This document shows positions 49,630 to 62,525 of a stretch of DNA of 64,000 bases, one piece after another. Origin of the DNA: Felis catus (Eukaryota). Numbering within the stretch: position 1 is the first letter of the stretch; each line of letters opens with the position of its first letter. The stretch spans positions 17,734,001 through 17,798,000 of the forward strand of contig NC_058368.1 in assembly GCF_018350175.1 (NCBI RefSeq), given 5' to 3'. The notes beneath the pieces are model-generated. The model ran no database searches. It was not told the origin of the DNA and saw only the letters and a list, made by a program, of their open reading frames with translations. The position numbers and the translations under genes were made by a program.

Positions 49630-50954
49630 CCACCGTCACAGGCTCTGTAATACAAAAGGGCTTAGAAGATGCTGACTCATGAAAAGCGACTCTAAAAAAT
49701 TACCTGCTCTGAAAAAGCCAAAGAAGCCTCTGGCCACAAAAGCAGCAGAATGGCTGGAATTGGAGAAGGCATCATAAATATCTTCACTACGGAGAGCAAC
49801 ACAAAGGCCTAGCCAGCAGCTGAAGCTACATAATCCAGCCGTATTAAAAAGAAATCAAACACAGATTTCAAACTCCCTGCCTTGTCTTTTGAACCCACTG
49901 TGGGAAAGCGGCTCTCACAGCATGCTAGACGTTGGGGCTGTGAGTCCCGAGGGGCTCAAATCCTCACTTTGATTCTTCTTGATCAACGATGGCACCTCAT
50001 TACTGAAAAAGAGCCAAAGGCGCCTGGAAGAAATTCCCCCAGCGGGGCCCACAGTGACCCAGGGAGGTGGCAAGGTAATTTGATAATTACATTCAAGAGT
50101 TTTCTGAATAATATGTAAATCCCCAGATATTGAGAAATACGGAAAAATAAGGATCAATACACTGTAGGACCTGGGAGAAGCAATGCTTTTCTCAAGTGGC
50201 AATTCAAGCCATTCGCAGAGAGAGCCAGGCAATGAAGGCATTTGCCAGTTAGAAAAGGGAACCAGCTCTCAGTTTCTTCCTTTATTTTCAAGTTTCTGTC
50301 CTTGAACTCGATAAGCTCTTGTGTTCAAGAAATAGGCAGGAAGAGAAGTTAATCAGTGTCAGTCTTCTCATCCAAGAAAACTTTTATCCCTACCTCTTTT
50401 CCAATCTTCCCAGGCTTAGAGATGACCATTACTCCCTTGTTACAAAGCCTGTAACTTACTTCATTATAATCAGCGTGATACTGTGCATATACTAATCGGT
50501 TTAAACTTTCATGCCCAGGAGTCATTAGCTAACATGCTAAGAAGAGTGCCCAGAGTGCCCAGGGCAGAGTGAAAGGTAACATGTGATCACAAAGAGCCAC
50601 AGTCCAGAGGCAGTTACTATAAGCCCTTCCGTTACCTGTGTCTCGAGAGCAGAAACTTTGCCAATACCAAATAAATATCAACAATGTGTTTTTATTGGTG
50701 AAAGCAACGTTTTATTAATTAGCCTGATGGAGGTAATAACATGATCTCCTTAGGTGGCATTTCAGATATTCAAAATAGGTACATGAGAAAAAATAAGGTA
50801 GCCATACTCCCACTGTTGCATGAAGGTACAAGAAACCAGCTGGGTCTGGATCCTTCATTCCTTAGACCTGACTCCTGCACCTCTTGGAGGAACGGTGTCT
50901 GTGGCTTGATCCCTAGTTGGATCTGTGTCCAGCCACTGGTTTAGAAGGATTTCT

Positions 50955-51180
50955 TTTTTTTTTTTTAATTTTTTTTTCAACATTTATTTATTTTTGGGAC
51001 AGAGAGAGACAGAGCATGAACGGGGGAGGGGCAGAGAGAGAGGGAGACACAGAATCGGAAACAGGCTCCAGGCTCTGAGCCATCAGCCCAGAGCCCGACG
51101 CGGGGCTCGAACTCACGGACCGCGAGATCGTGACCTGGCTGAAGTCGGAGGCTTAACTGACTGCGCCACCCAGGCGCCCC
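50955..51180 (-). mobile_element. Young Can-SINE (SINEC_Fc-type)
   Basis: Intact; TSD agaaggatttct. Confidence 0.97.
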
Positions 51181-51699
51181 GAGAAGGATTTCTGATTTCT
51201 GATGCCAAGTAGAAAGCTCGGAGTCCTGCTTTGTAAATGCTGTTGTTTGTCACAAGTATCCCATTCCTACCAGGTAAGGTCAGCACGTCTAGAAATGTGG
51301 GGAGTTGAGACTCTATAGAGCTTAAGGAACAAAGAACATGAACTGTTTTGTGCCTGCTTTACTAACGGCTGTTCATTAAACAAACACATGATAAAATTTT
51401 GTTTGAAATCCACATGTTTCATAGCCTAGTAGTCAGGTGATAAGGCAGTGGCTTTCTCCCACCTGAACAGAACTTCTTCGTTACTACTATGATCTAACAA
51501 AATCAACCTTAGGGTCCTGCATGGCCAGATTGGCTTAGGTCAGGTGGCAACTGCTCCCTTTTTTTCACCCTAATCCAACAAAGAGCTTTTCTTCAGTCCC
51601 GAAGTACAATCCTTCCTGCTTCAAGGGCCTGTGAAGTCCCCTCTCCATTCTTCCACCTGGCCAACTCTGACACACCTTGTAGGTCTCAGCTTAGATCAC

Positions 51700-51874
51700 C
51701 GGCTCACAAACTTTGCCGTGCTTTAGAATCACACACACACAGCTTCTAACAACTGCACATTCTGGCTTACACCCCATACAAATTAAATCAGAACGTCTGG
51801 AGGTGGGAGCCAGGCATCAGCATTTTTCAAAGATTCCCTGTGATTCCATTGAGCAGTCATTTGGGAACCACTGG
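51700..51874. mobile_element. MER5-like hAT-Charlie relic
   Basis: aattaaatcagaacgtctggaggtgggagccaggcatcagcatttttc...tttgggaaccactg. Confidence 0.7.
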
Positions 51875-51890
51875 CTTTGATGTTATTTCT

Positions 51891-52081
51891 CTTTTCTTTT
51901 TAGGTTTATTTATTTTGGGAAAGAAAGAGAGAGGACGAGCAGGAGAGTGGCAGAGAGAAAGGGAGAGAGAGAATCCAAGCAGGCTCAGGGCTCAATGCAG
52001 GGCTCCCACAAACCGTGAGATCATGACCTGAGCTGAAATCAAGAGTTGAACGCTTAACTGACTGAGCCACCCAGGCACCCC
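51891..52081 (-). mobile_element. Can-SINE
   Basis: Ends actgagccacccaggcacccc; degenerate TSD atgttattt... Confidence 0.93.
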
Positions 52082-52149
52082 ACAATGTTATTTTTCTTAG
52101 TTCAGACTTCACTAATCATTCCACCTAAATTTAGTTTCCTCTATCATAT

Positions 52150-52375
52150 AGTTTCCTGTGTTTTGGAGGCTTCTCGACATTTTCTTATTTTATAATTAGT
52201 TGTGCCATTTTGTTTGTTTGTTTGTTTTGGTGCTATCTGCCTCGTTGACTGGATGCCCTATTAGGGCCAACGCCTTGACTGTTTTTCTAATCTCAGCATC
52301 TGGAGCAGCTAGGACCCCCTGGTATATAGCAGGTGCTCAATATATGTTTGTCAATATTGAATAAATCAATGAATT
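52150..52375 (+). mobile_element. L2 3' terminus
   Basis: cctggtatatagcaggtgctcaatatatgtttgtcaatattgaataaatcaatgaat. Confidence 0.65.
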
Positions 52376-53938
52376 CAATATGTGCCACTTTACTGAAACT
52401 TTCTCCCCCAATTCAAAATGAGCCAAGTAACCAAACATTTGAGTGATAAACATTATCCGTTTTCTAACAAGTACTTTGGAACAATAGCAGGGAATTATAG
52501 TCTATTTGGAAGCAGAATTAATGCATATGGAACCATAAGAGAATTGAGTAATGCAGATTCATAAAAAACAAGGGCTTACACTAAGTGACAGTAAGTGCAA
52601 GGTGATGAGTAACACATATGCATGGACATTTGCTCTCTGTGAGTGAAGTCGGGCACAGACAGTCAAATGTTATGTCATAAAACACAGGCTGCCACCATCC
52701 ATCTCATCTTTGCCTTCTTTTGCTCAGATGCTTGAATTCTGCTACCCAGCAAGTATTCCTGAACATTATGCAGCATTTGCCTAAATCAGCAGCCCTTTGT
52801 TTATGCGAATCAGAAAACTAGATTCACTCATAAAATGTGAAAGAAATATCTCCATCTTGAAAACTGATTGTCATCTTTATTTAATTTTGATCAAGCCTTT
52901 GGGATGACTTTGAAATGATTAGCCCGATGAATCATAGAGCTGTGTTAGAAGAAGCAGATTTGTTTGGGTATCTTCAAATATTTATTCTCCTCACATTCTT
53001 ATCCTTATCTTCCACCCAAATCCCTGACGATGTAAACATTTTGGGAGCCGTCTCTACAAACCACAATTCCCGCATCTGGCATGAATAGATAATTTCAGAA
53101 CCCAAATTGGAGACAGGGGACAATAAATGTTCTTGCTAATTTCAACAAGCCAACATATAAACAAACAGACCAAAAAAAGTTCTCAGACCCTTTTGCCTCG
53201 TGACGTAGGCAGGTGCTACCCATAAAGTACCATTCTCCGGCCACACAAGAGAGAGAGGATGAATAAATCCTAGGGAGCTCTGGAATAAAAGAAGGCATGT
53301 GTTAAAGTACTAAGGAAGGACATGAAGATTAGTCCGAGCTGCTTGGAGGCAGCAACAGCCCTTTCTCCAAGCTAAATCTGAGGTAATGGTGGGACTCATC
53401 CTATTAAAGCAATGGACAGAATTTGTCCAAACTATTTTTACAATGGGTACCATTAAAGAGGTCTCGTGTGTGTGACTGACATTAATTTATTTTTCCTGCA
53501 TTGTCACCGAGCTCCCCAGGGTTCAGGATGAATGGGAAGTGACAAGAAGGCGTTCCACACAGCTTCACTCGGGTCCGGCTCAGGCCCGTCTTAGAAGGCA
53601 GCAGGTGACTCTTTACCAGCGAAGGCTTGAGATTGTTAGCTAAGGTGTTGTCCAGTTGAGTGCATTTCCTTCCAGTAAACAATACGCCGTCTGAGGAAAA
53701 GCACCGTCAGGTCAGTAGGAGTGGGTGACTGTTAGTCTGCCCCGGGGTGGTTTGTGGGCACAGTTAAGATCACCTAGAAGTTATTCTAAAAAAAATAAAT
53801 ATTCCTTGAAGTGCCTAAATCCAGTTCATAAAATCTTTTTAGTCTTTTGAGAAATTTATCAACTCTGAACAATTTCTCTCAAGGGATCTGTGATCAACGA
53901 CTACTCTTGTTTTCTGATTTAACCAAATGCAAACATTT

Positions 53939-54155
53939 AAAAAATTTTTTTTAACGTTTATTTATTTTTGAGACAGAGAGAGGCAGAGCATGAATGGGGG
54001 AGGGTCAGAGAGAGAGGGAGACACAGAATCTGAAATAGGCTCCAGGCTCTGAGCTGTCAGCACAGAGCCCGACGCGGGGCTTGAACTCACGGACCGCAAG
54101 ATCACGACCTGAGACGAAATCGGGCGCTTAACCGACTGAGCCGCCCAGGCGCCCC
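53939..54155 (-). mobile_element. Can-SINE (felid)
   Basis: Ends ctgagccgcccaggcgcccc; TSD caaatgcaaa(c/t). Confidence 0.96.
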
Positions 54156-54366
54156 CAAATGCAAATGTTTTAAACTACATTTACAGATGTTTAACTTCCT
54201 TCATTCCTTGAATTGTTTGAGGACAAACTCTACCACATACATAGGTGGTTATTATAAATGTAACAAATTAAACCTTAAACATAGTGAATATATCAAATGA
54301 TTGCTTATAAACTTATTAATATTTCAACTGAAAAGCACAAGTCTGAATAAAATAGTCAATTATCTA

Positions 54367-54566
54367 TTTCTTTTAAAGTGTTTATTTATTTTTTAGAGAG
54401 AGAGCACATGAGTGAGGTGAAGGGCAGGGAGAGAGGGAGACAGAGAATTCCAAGCAGGCGCTGAGCTGTCAGCAGTGAGCCTGATGTGGAGCCTGATCTC
54501 ATGAACCATGAGATCATGACCTGAGCCTAAATCAGATGCTTAACTGACTGAGCCACCCAGGCACCC
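54367..54566 (-). mobile_element. Can-SINE (diverged)
   Basis: Ends actgagccacccaggcaccc; tttatttatt tail. Confidence 0.92.
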
Positions 54567-55944
54567 TAATCAATCACGCGTTTTTAATTTAATCATGGGG
54601 ATCACTGAAGATACCTGAACACTTAAGATGCCGAATGCATTCAGATTTCTTTATACAAAAACATTTAATAAGGTGGGGTGATTCTTTTCAACACTGTACA
54701 TTTAATTTTTTAGAAAATTTAAGTCTACTAATGAAAACAACTGTAGGTTTTAACCTAGAGGTAAATTCAGGCTATAAGAGATCCTGGGTAATTTTTCTCA
54801 CTACCATCATCAACATGCCAAGGAAGTTCTGTTTTGACCTTCACCAGGCCAACATGGATCTCAAGACCAGCCCTCCAAACAGGGTGGTCTTGTAGCCTAG
54901 ATCTCCAGAGTAAAGTCATATATTTATTTAATCTTCCTTTACTAACAGAATTTTGCAATGCACATTAGGCTTAAAGCTAATATTCTTCACTGTTACCATA
55001 GTATTTGTGTTTCATAGATATTTAATTTCTTCATTGGACTCTATGAATCCCTTCCCTTAAAAAAAAAAAGTCTGTGCTGACCAAGTAGTTAATGATTTTC
55101 CCATTTTCTCCACTACTGTAACAGATCTTCTGCCTGAGAATTTCTAGGGTAGAATCTGGTTCTTCCGGACCAACCTCCTGAGTGCCCCATAATCTAGACG
55201 GAGCTCAGCATGAACCTTGGGGCAGGCTAAGGCATTAGTCTCCAGCATGCAAATTTTCCATTTTCCAGACCTTTAGCGACAAGCACCTTCACTAACTTTT
55301 CCTGATCCTCCCAGGTAAATGCCAAATGGAACATGGGCCAGACAGAAATAGAAAACTGGAAGAATTGGGTCATGTTGTCAAAACTTCACCGAGGAAAATG
55401 ACTCCAAAAAGCTTTAGGAAAAAGCTGCTTGCAACTGAAAAAAAGATCTGCACTACAAATAGGAAATAAATGTCATGAGCTCTGAAAAGTGACTCTTTTC
55501 TACGTAATAAATATTTGTGTAAAAGGGTGTTTTACCTCAATATTCACTGATTCATCCACATGCATAAATACACAGAACATATAACTTGCACACGATGATT
55601 AAACTGATTTATGACGTATCGATTTTTTTTCTTCAAGAACCACTTTTCAAAAGTTGGCTTATTTCAGTAGCCATCAAACCAATGATTAGAGACAGAGAAA
55701 CAGTACTGGAGTTTCTTGGAAGGAAACGGGCATTTCCCTTCTGCAATGAAATGAAAGGTGCCGGAAGCCCTGTCTGCAACAAAGTGTCCAGCTTTGCTTC
55801 TGCAAAATAACCAAGGGGTGAAAATGGGTGCCAAAGACTACTTATCTTTGTACCTGCCATGTTATGAAGCAGGATGTTTATAGGCAGCTATCACAAGCGC
55901 TTTTCAAAATACAGTGGAAATTAAGTAAAAACAACATATATTTA

Positions 55945-57090
55945 CAATATCTGCACATGAGCAAACCCATGAAAAGATGCTCAGCATCACTCATCAGCAG
56001 GGAAATGTAAATCGAAGCCACAATGAGACACCATTTCACACCTGTCAGAATGGCTACTAGCAAAAAGACAAGAAACATACAAGGATGTGGAGAAGAAGGA
56101 ACCTTTGGGCACGGTCAGTGGGAAGGTCAATTGGTGCAGCCGCTGTGAAAAACGGTATGGAGTTTCTTCAAAGTTAAAAAATAGAAATACCAGGGGTGCC
56201 TGGGTGGGTCAGTCAGTTAAGCAATCAACTCTTGATTTCGGCTCAGGTCACGATCTCACAGTTTGCGAGATCGAGCCCGGCGTCGGGCCCTGAGCTGACA
56301 GCGTAGAACCTGCTTGGGATTCTCTCTCTTCCTCTCTCTCTCCCTCTCCTCCACTTGCACTCTCTCTCTTACATGGAATAAATAAACTGTAAAAAAAAGT
56401 AATAAAAATAGAAATACCGTACCACCCAGTAATTCCACTGCTGGGTATTTACCAAAGAAAATGAAAAACACTAATTCGAAGAGGCATATGTGCCCTTATG
56501 TTTATTGCGGCATTATTTACAAAAGCCCAGGTATGAAGCAACCCAAGTATCCATCAATAGACAAATGGATAAAGAAAATTTGAGATGTGTGTGTGTGCGT
56601 GTGTGTGTGCAAATATTATCCAGTAATAAAAAAGAATGATATCTTGCCATTCTCAACAACATGGATGGACCTAGAAAGTACTATGCGAAATAAATCAAAG
56701 AAGGACAAATATTGCAAGATTTCACTTATATGAGGAATCTAAGAAAAGAAAACAAATGAACAAGCAAACAAAAAGCAAACCAGACCCATAAATACAAAGA
56801 ACAAACTGATGGTTGCCAGAGAGGAGTGAGGTAGGGGGATGGGCAAAACAGGGGAAGGGGAGTGGCAGATACAGCCTTTGATTCTGGAATAACCAAGTCA
56901 CAAGGATAAAAGATCCAGCACAAGGAATACAGTTGATAGTACTGTAATAGTGTTGTGTGGTGACAGATGGCAGCTACACTTGTGAGGACAGCATAACCTA
57001 CAGGGTTCTTGAATCACTATGTTGTGCACCTGAAACTAACATAGCATTGTGTGTCCACTTTACTCAAATAAAAATAAATAAATAAAAATA
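55945..57090 (+). mobile_element. Carnivore L1 3' portion (end of ORF2 + 3'UTR), 5'-truncated, interrupted by a Can-SINE
   Basis: catgaaaagatgctcagcatcactcatc, cacacctgtcagaatggct, aacaacatggatggacctag, acctgaaactaacatagcattgtgtgtc + A-rich tail. Confidence 0.92.
56193..56403 (+). mobile_element. Can-SINE inside L1
   Basis: ggggtgcctgggtgggtcagtc head; perfect TSD aaaaatagaaatacc. Confidence 0.96.
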
Positions 57091-58450
57091 ATTAATTAAG
57101 TAATACAAAAACAATACATACGCAATCCTAGAAATGCCAGAAAGTATTGAATAAACTATTCAATTATGTTGAGAAATAGCTGAGTTTTTGGTAAGCTTAT
57201 TAATAAGTCAGTTACATAAATTGACGTTGCTATTTTATTTACGACAAATTGTTGGTGGTCTAACCTATAGACTAAGCTAAACTGCCCTGATGTGGACAGA
57301 GACCTTACCACAGACTAGCAGACCAGAAGGCTAAGAAATTATTCATAGCAATGAAGGTAACGTTTCATCCTCAAATTAAAAACAATGTTACAAAGTTCCT
57401 AACATAATCACTTTAATTAAGTGTAATTTATTTGATCCTTATACGGATCCTCCAGTATTACTGCTTACATAGAACCAATTATAAATACCCGGAGACTTTG
57501 TAGTTCTCATTACAGGCAAATAAAATGCTTTCATAAATAATGCATCCTCCCACAATCTGAGCCCATTCTATTTTTGTTAGGGTGCTTTCCTATGTTCTGC
57601 ACCAGATACACAGTAAACGCTATTCCTTACCTTTCACCCTATGACCAGATTGAATTGCTGTGGCTTGAGCTACTGCAAAATAAAAGCCAAATTCAAATAG
57701 AAGTGGACCACAAAAGACAACCAACTGATGCCATCAAATGCCATTCTGCCTGACAACTTCAAAACAAAAGGAAGCAGGTCCAGTTTGGAGCTTCCAGCAG
57801 CATGACCAGAAATAAAATTCAAGGAAATATTTCTAACAGTAACGGAAGGGATGAGAAGTCTGTGTTACTATTTTTCAATTTGGATACATTGGTTGTCTTT
57901 AAGAAAATAAGGCCTTCTCATTGGTTTGTTCCACGCAAAGTAATCCTGAATGTTTTCTAAAGAGCCATCACAACAATGAAAGTGGTCGTGCATTCACGCG
58001 CCATTGTGGGAAAGTGGCTTAGTGTGTTGTAAAATACAAGGAATCCATGGTCTTAAGGAGTTGACCTTGACAACTTCACCTAGATCTACAGGCCAAAATG
58101 CTTTTGATTAATAATTCTAAGTGGGTTTTCTCTCCAGGACATAACTCCTTGGCTCATCTAAATACTTTACAGTTCAAATTGAGATGAACAGAGTTAACTG
58201 TGCATGACCAGCAATGATAAGCATCTGAGGTCATCATAGTGTTCGAAACCCTGATGGACTTTAGAGACCCATAGATGTCTCTGGGCCAAGGAGTCTTTGC
58301 TGAGTTAAACGCCTGCCTTCTGCCTCACGCAATCTGACGCGACGGTTCAACATACACAATAACTCTTTACATTTCCTAAAGTAACCATTAAACTATTTGG
58401 ATAAAACTTAGGACGGACTTCAGGTAATGGTATTTAAAACTGGTATTTGA

Positions 58451-58677
58451 GGGGCGCCTGGGTGGCGCAGTCGGTTAAGCATCCGACTTCAGCCAGGTCA
58501 TGATCTCGCGGTCCGTGAGTTTGAGCCCCGCGTCGGGCTCTGGGCTGATGGCTCGGAGCCTGGAGCCTGTTTCCGATTCTGTGTCTCCCTCTCTCTCTGC
58601 CCCTCCCCCGTTCATGCTCTGTCTCTCTCTGTCCCAAAAATAAATAAAAAACGTTGAAAAAAAAATTAAAAAAAAAA
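58451..58677 (+). mobile_element. Young Can-SINE (SINEC_Fc-type)
   Basis: Intact; TSD taaaactggtatttg. Confidence 0.97.
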
Positions 58678-60670
58678 TAAAACTGGTATTTGGTTAGGAA
58701 AGAGATAATGTGATAAAAACAAAAGAAAACAAAACCAATGTGAAATAATTAGCTCTATAACAATAGGTTCCTTTGGGTCTCAGCCATCTTCTAGAACAAG
58801 AATAACTCAATATTGTTCAATGCTATCCAATAGCATGGCAAGATCTCTAAACCAGGTTCTGGGGGGTTTATTATTTTTGTTTCAGACACAACAATCCTGT
58901 GCTGGAGAACGGTCAGCACCAAATGCAGACAAATGTTTAAAAGGGGAGTTTTTATGTAAGACAAAATTCCTTAAAAGACTATATAGGCTGGAAATCATTG
59001 TTCAGATACCCAAATACTTTATCTATAACTTTTATGTGTTAATGTGTACCTATCTGAGTGATACATCACATCGTGGATAACAGGGATAGCATCCGAAGAA
59101 AAATTTTTCTGTGATTTAAAAAAAAAAAAAGCCAAGAAACAAAAAAGTCTTTCACGACAGTTCAAAAATCCTGAGGCCAAATTTATTCATCCATTTGGCT
59201 TTCAGCAGGCAACTGCTTTGTCCCCAGCAGCATTATGCAAGCTCACTTAAGAATGCAGAAGAGCTCAGAGAGCTGAAAATTCTATTCCCATCGCCATGGT
59301 GAAAACCACAGCCTATGAAGATAGCAGCCCCCAGCACCAGTGGGGTGGTCCCCGACATCCCTTTGGGATACCACCACTGAACTTAAAAACAAATACTCCA
59401 ATTGAGAAACAAAGCCTCGGTCTAGAATCTAGAAAACGTCGCTTCAAATGTCATTTTGGGGAAACAGATCCTCTTTTCCCCAGCAGCAACGGTGCTAGAA
59501 AACTAACAAAAGGCCATCAGGAAAAGATAGGAGTCCTTCCTGTATTTGAAAAAAAATGTATGAGTAACATTCACAACAGATACTTCCCGTATCCCAGGGA
59601 CGTGCAGCGCCTTGTCACAAGGCCCATAAACACAAGTATTTGGTACAAAACCACCCAGAAGACACCCCCGCCGAGATGATCAATCAGCACCCAGTGGCTT
59701 TGGGATAGTTTCCAAAAGCAAAGTCGCTGAAGAATGTTAACATTTCATTACTTCCTCCTTTTCTGAGGATTATTGAATCAGGAAGTCATTGTCCCCTATT
59801 AATCTTTGAAGAGAGAAAACATAATGGCAGGAATCTACAAATTCCACATAGCACAGCACAGCTGCTTGGCTTCCAATCAACATTCCATATTTCAAATAAC
59901 TATTACATGTTAAACCATATAAATTATAAGTAAGTGGCTTATTATAGGGAAGCCTTCCCAGGTAGGCATCTCTTGAATAAAAGGCTAAATTTACTTTTCA
60001 TAATGGTATGTTGACTCTCATTAATGTATTTCTGCACGGGCAGCAGGTAACCGTGAGTTATCTGTTGACTCTCTAACCTCCAGGTGATTAGCTGCTGTAA
60101 CTAGGAGTGTGCACTTCAGCTGTAGTTAGCTAGTGTTGCATCAAAAGGCCACATCTCAGGGTGGCTGCTTTAGTCATGTTTCTCACCACACTAACCTTAG
60201 CAGGTTTTATAATTGGCAAAATGGGCGTTAAGAGGAGAGCGTTGGGGTTAATGAAGTGACTGGTGCTTAAGATATGTGGATGGAGTGGGACACAGAGACA
60301 TTCATTATTCTGATGTGCTCAAACTAGAAGAGTCTAGCAAGCCGTCTATACTCTCTGAAATAGCTTGTGAGACTTGACTCCAGAATGGTACTGGATCCAG
60401 GCACGGGTCTGGACCTTGGCTACCAGATTCCATCCCTCAGGTTAATCGAAGTCCTGCTCCCAGAACAGTGTTGTGTTTACCTCAAAGGGACTCTTTCAGG
60501 CCAGCTGTGGTTGAAACACCTACAAGGGTAGGGACCTGGGATTTTCCTCTCATTGCTAGGGCCTGATTGTTAATAAATACACGCGTGGCAAAAAAACTGG
60601 TCTGAGAATGCTCCTGTGTTTGCACTGGGGTTATCAGAGAGGAAAGCTGTAACCTTCACTTACCTCTAAA

Positions 60671-61056
60671 TACTGGCAAACACTGCTAACTCTTCCCCAA
60701 ATTCACTTCCTTCTTCTGAGGCACACACTTAAACCGTATTTACCAGCCTCTCCTCAATTGCATGAGACGTCTTCAATCGCAGCTGAAGTCTAGCCAAAGG
60801 AATGCGAGAGTAAACGATGCGTGCCATTTTGTTTCATGGCTTGAAGGAGCAGATGTAGAACCTCTCTCTTCTGTCAGCTGGGTATGGGCAAAGATGAGCC
60901 TCGGGGAACGGTACCTGTGGCGAAGGAGCCTGGGTCCTTGAATCGTCATGTATAAGCTGAACGGTAATATTTACTTGGACTGCGCTGGGACCTACAAATG
61001 AACTTTTATTGCCTTTCAACAGTTATTCATTCCAGGGTCTATTTACTACCATAGTC
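60671..61056 (+). mobile_element. Old MaLR solo LTR (MLT1I/J-like)
   Basis: tctagccaaaggaatgcgagag, gaaggagcctgggtccttgaatc, 3' end ...ctaactgaatca. Confidence 0.6.
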
Positions 61057-61462
61057 TCGTCTTTCTAACTGAATCAGGAGACCACCAATACTCACCAAAA
61101 AGAACCTAATAAGTGCGTATGACCGGACTGATTGAGAATGGTTTGACTACATTCAGCTACAAGAGATCAACACACCGTATGTGAAAAAGGCTGAGAAAAA
61201 GGTTGTAGCTGAGAATTAGCAGACGCAAGCTTTACCAAACAATTCTATATTTTATATATGACTTGACTGACAAACACCGCTAGGTCTTTTCAATGTTTTT
61301 CTTTTCTTTTTGTCATTCAGGAGCCGTAATAAGAATCGTAATGATATGACAATGACCAAAACCAGAAACTAACAATTAATGAGCATTTACTATATGTCTG
61401 GAGCTACTCTCAGAACTTTATGCATCTAATTCATTTAATCTTTTTTTTGTAATTTTTTTTTA

Positions 61463-61687
61463 TTTAAAAAAAATTTTTTTTTTCAACGTTTATTTTATTT
61501 TTGGGACAGAGAGAGACAGAGCATGAACGGGGGAGGGGCAGAGAGAGAGGGAGACACAGAATCGGAAACAGGCTCCAGGCTCCGAGCCATCAGCCCAGAG
61601 CCTGACGCGGGGCTCGAACTCCCGGACCGCGAGATCGTGACCTGGCTGAAGTCGGATGCTTAACCGACTGCGCCACCCAGGCGCCCC
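61463..61687 (-). mobile_element. Young Can-SINE (SINEC_Fc-type), innermost of nested stack
   Basis: Perfect 15-bp TSD at 61448-61462 and 61688-61702 (tgtaa + T run + a). Confidence 0.97.
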
Positions 61688-61702
61688 TGTAATTTTTTTT
61701 TA

Positions 61703-61901
61703 AAGTTTATTTATTTATTTGGGGAGAGAGAGCACAAGCAGCGAAGGAGCAGAGAGAGGGGGAAAGAGAGAGAACTCCAAGCAGGCTCCAAGTTGTCAAC
61801 ACAGAGTCCAATGGGAAGCTCAATCCAATGAATCGTGAGACTATGACCTGAGCCAAAATCAAGAGTTGGATGATCCACCAACCTAGCCACCCAGGGCCCC
61901 C
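61703..61901 (-). mobile_element. Can-SINE (diverged), middle of nested stack
   Basis: Ends agccacccagggccccc; TSD catttaatct / tgtttaatct. Confidence 0.92.
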
Positions 61902-61911
61902 TGTTTAATCT

Positions 61912-62152
61912 CTTTTTTAAAAGTTTGTTTATTTATTTTGAGAGAGAGAGAGAGGCAGAGAGAGAGAGAGAGGGGGAGAGAGAGAGAGAGCGCAAGTGGG
62001 GGAGGTATAGAGAAAGGGAGAATCCCAAGCAGGTTCCACCCTCTCAGCACGGAATCCCCTCACTTGCCACTCTGTGTCACCAACTGTGAGATCGGGGCCT
62101 GAGCTGAAATCAAGAAGCAGACATTTAATTGACTGAGCCACCCAGGCTCCTC
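61912..62152 (-). mobile_element. Can-SINE (diverged), outermost of nested stack
   Basis: Ends gactgagccacccaggctcctc; TSD ttcatttaatctt at 61430-61442 and 62156-62168. Confidence 0.92.
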
Positions 62153-62320
62153 TTGTTCATTTAATCTTCATGACAGCTCTAAGAGACAGGTGCCATGATT
62201 GTCCCCATTTTATAAAGAAGGAAACTAAAGTACAGACAGGCTATATAACCCAAAGTTATGTAGTTTATAAGGGGCAGAGTTGGGACTTGAACCCGTGCAC
62301 TCCAGCATCAGTAGACACGC

Positions 62321-62525
62321 TTTTTTTCTTTCTTTTAAAGATTTCTTTGTTTTTGAGACCAAGAGCACAAGTGGGAAGGGGCACAGAAAGGAGGAGGCAG
62401 AAGATCCGAAGCGGGCTCTGCACTGACATCAGTGAGCCTGATGTCAGGCTCGAACTCACAAACCGTGAGATCGTGACCTCAGTCGAAGTCTGACACTCAA
62501 CCGACTGAGCCACCCAGGCGGCCCT
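62321..62525 (-). mobile_element. Can-SINE
   Basis: Ends ccgactgagccacccaggcggccc; degenerate TSD tagacacgct / tatacatgct. Confidence 0.92.

Noticed and set aside
16584..58637. Recurrent ORFs with FFNVYLFLGQRETEHERGRGRERGRHRIGNRLQ or MAQSVKRPTSAQVTISR
   Set aside because: Translations of Can-SINE copies, not a gene family
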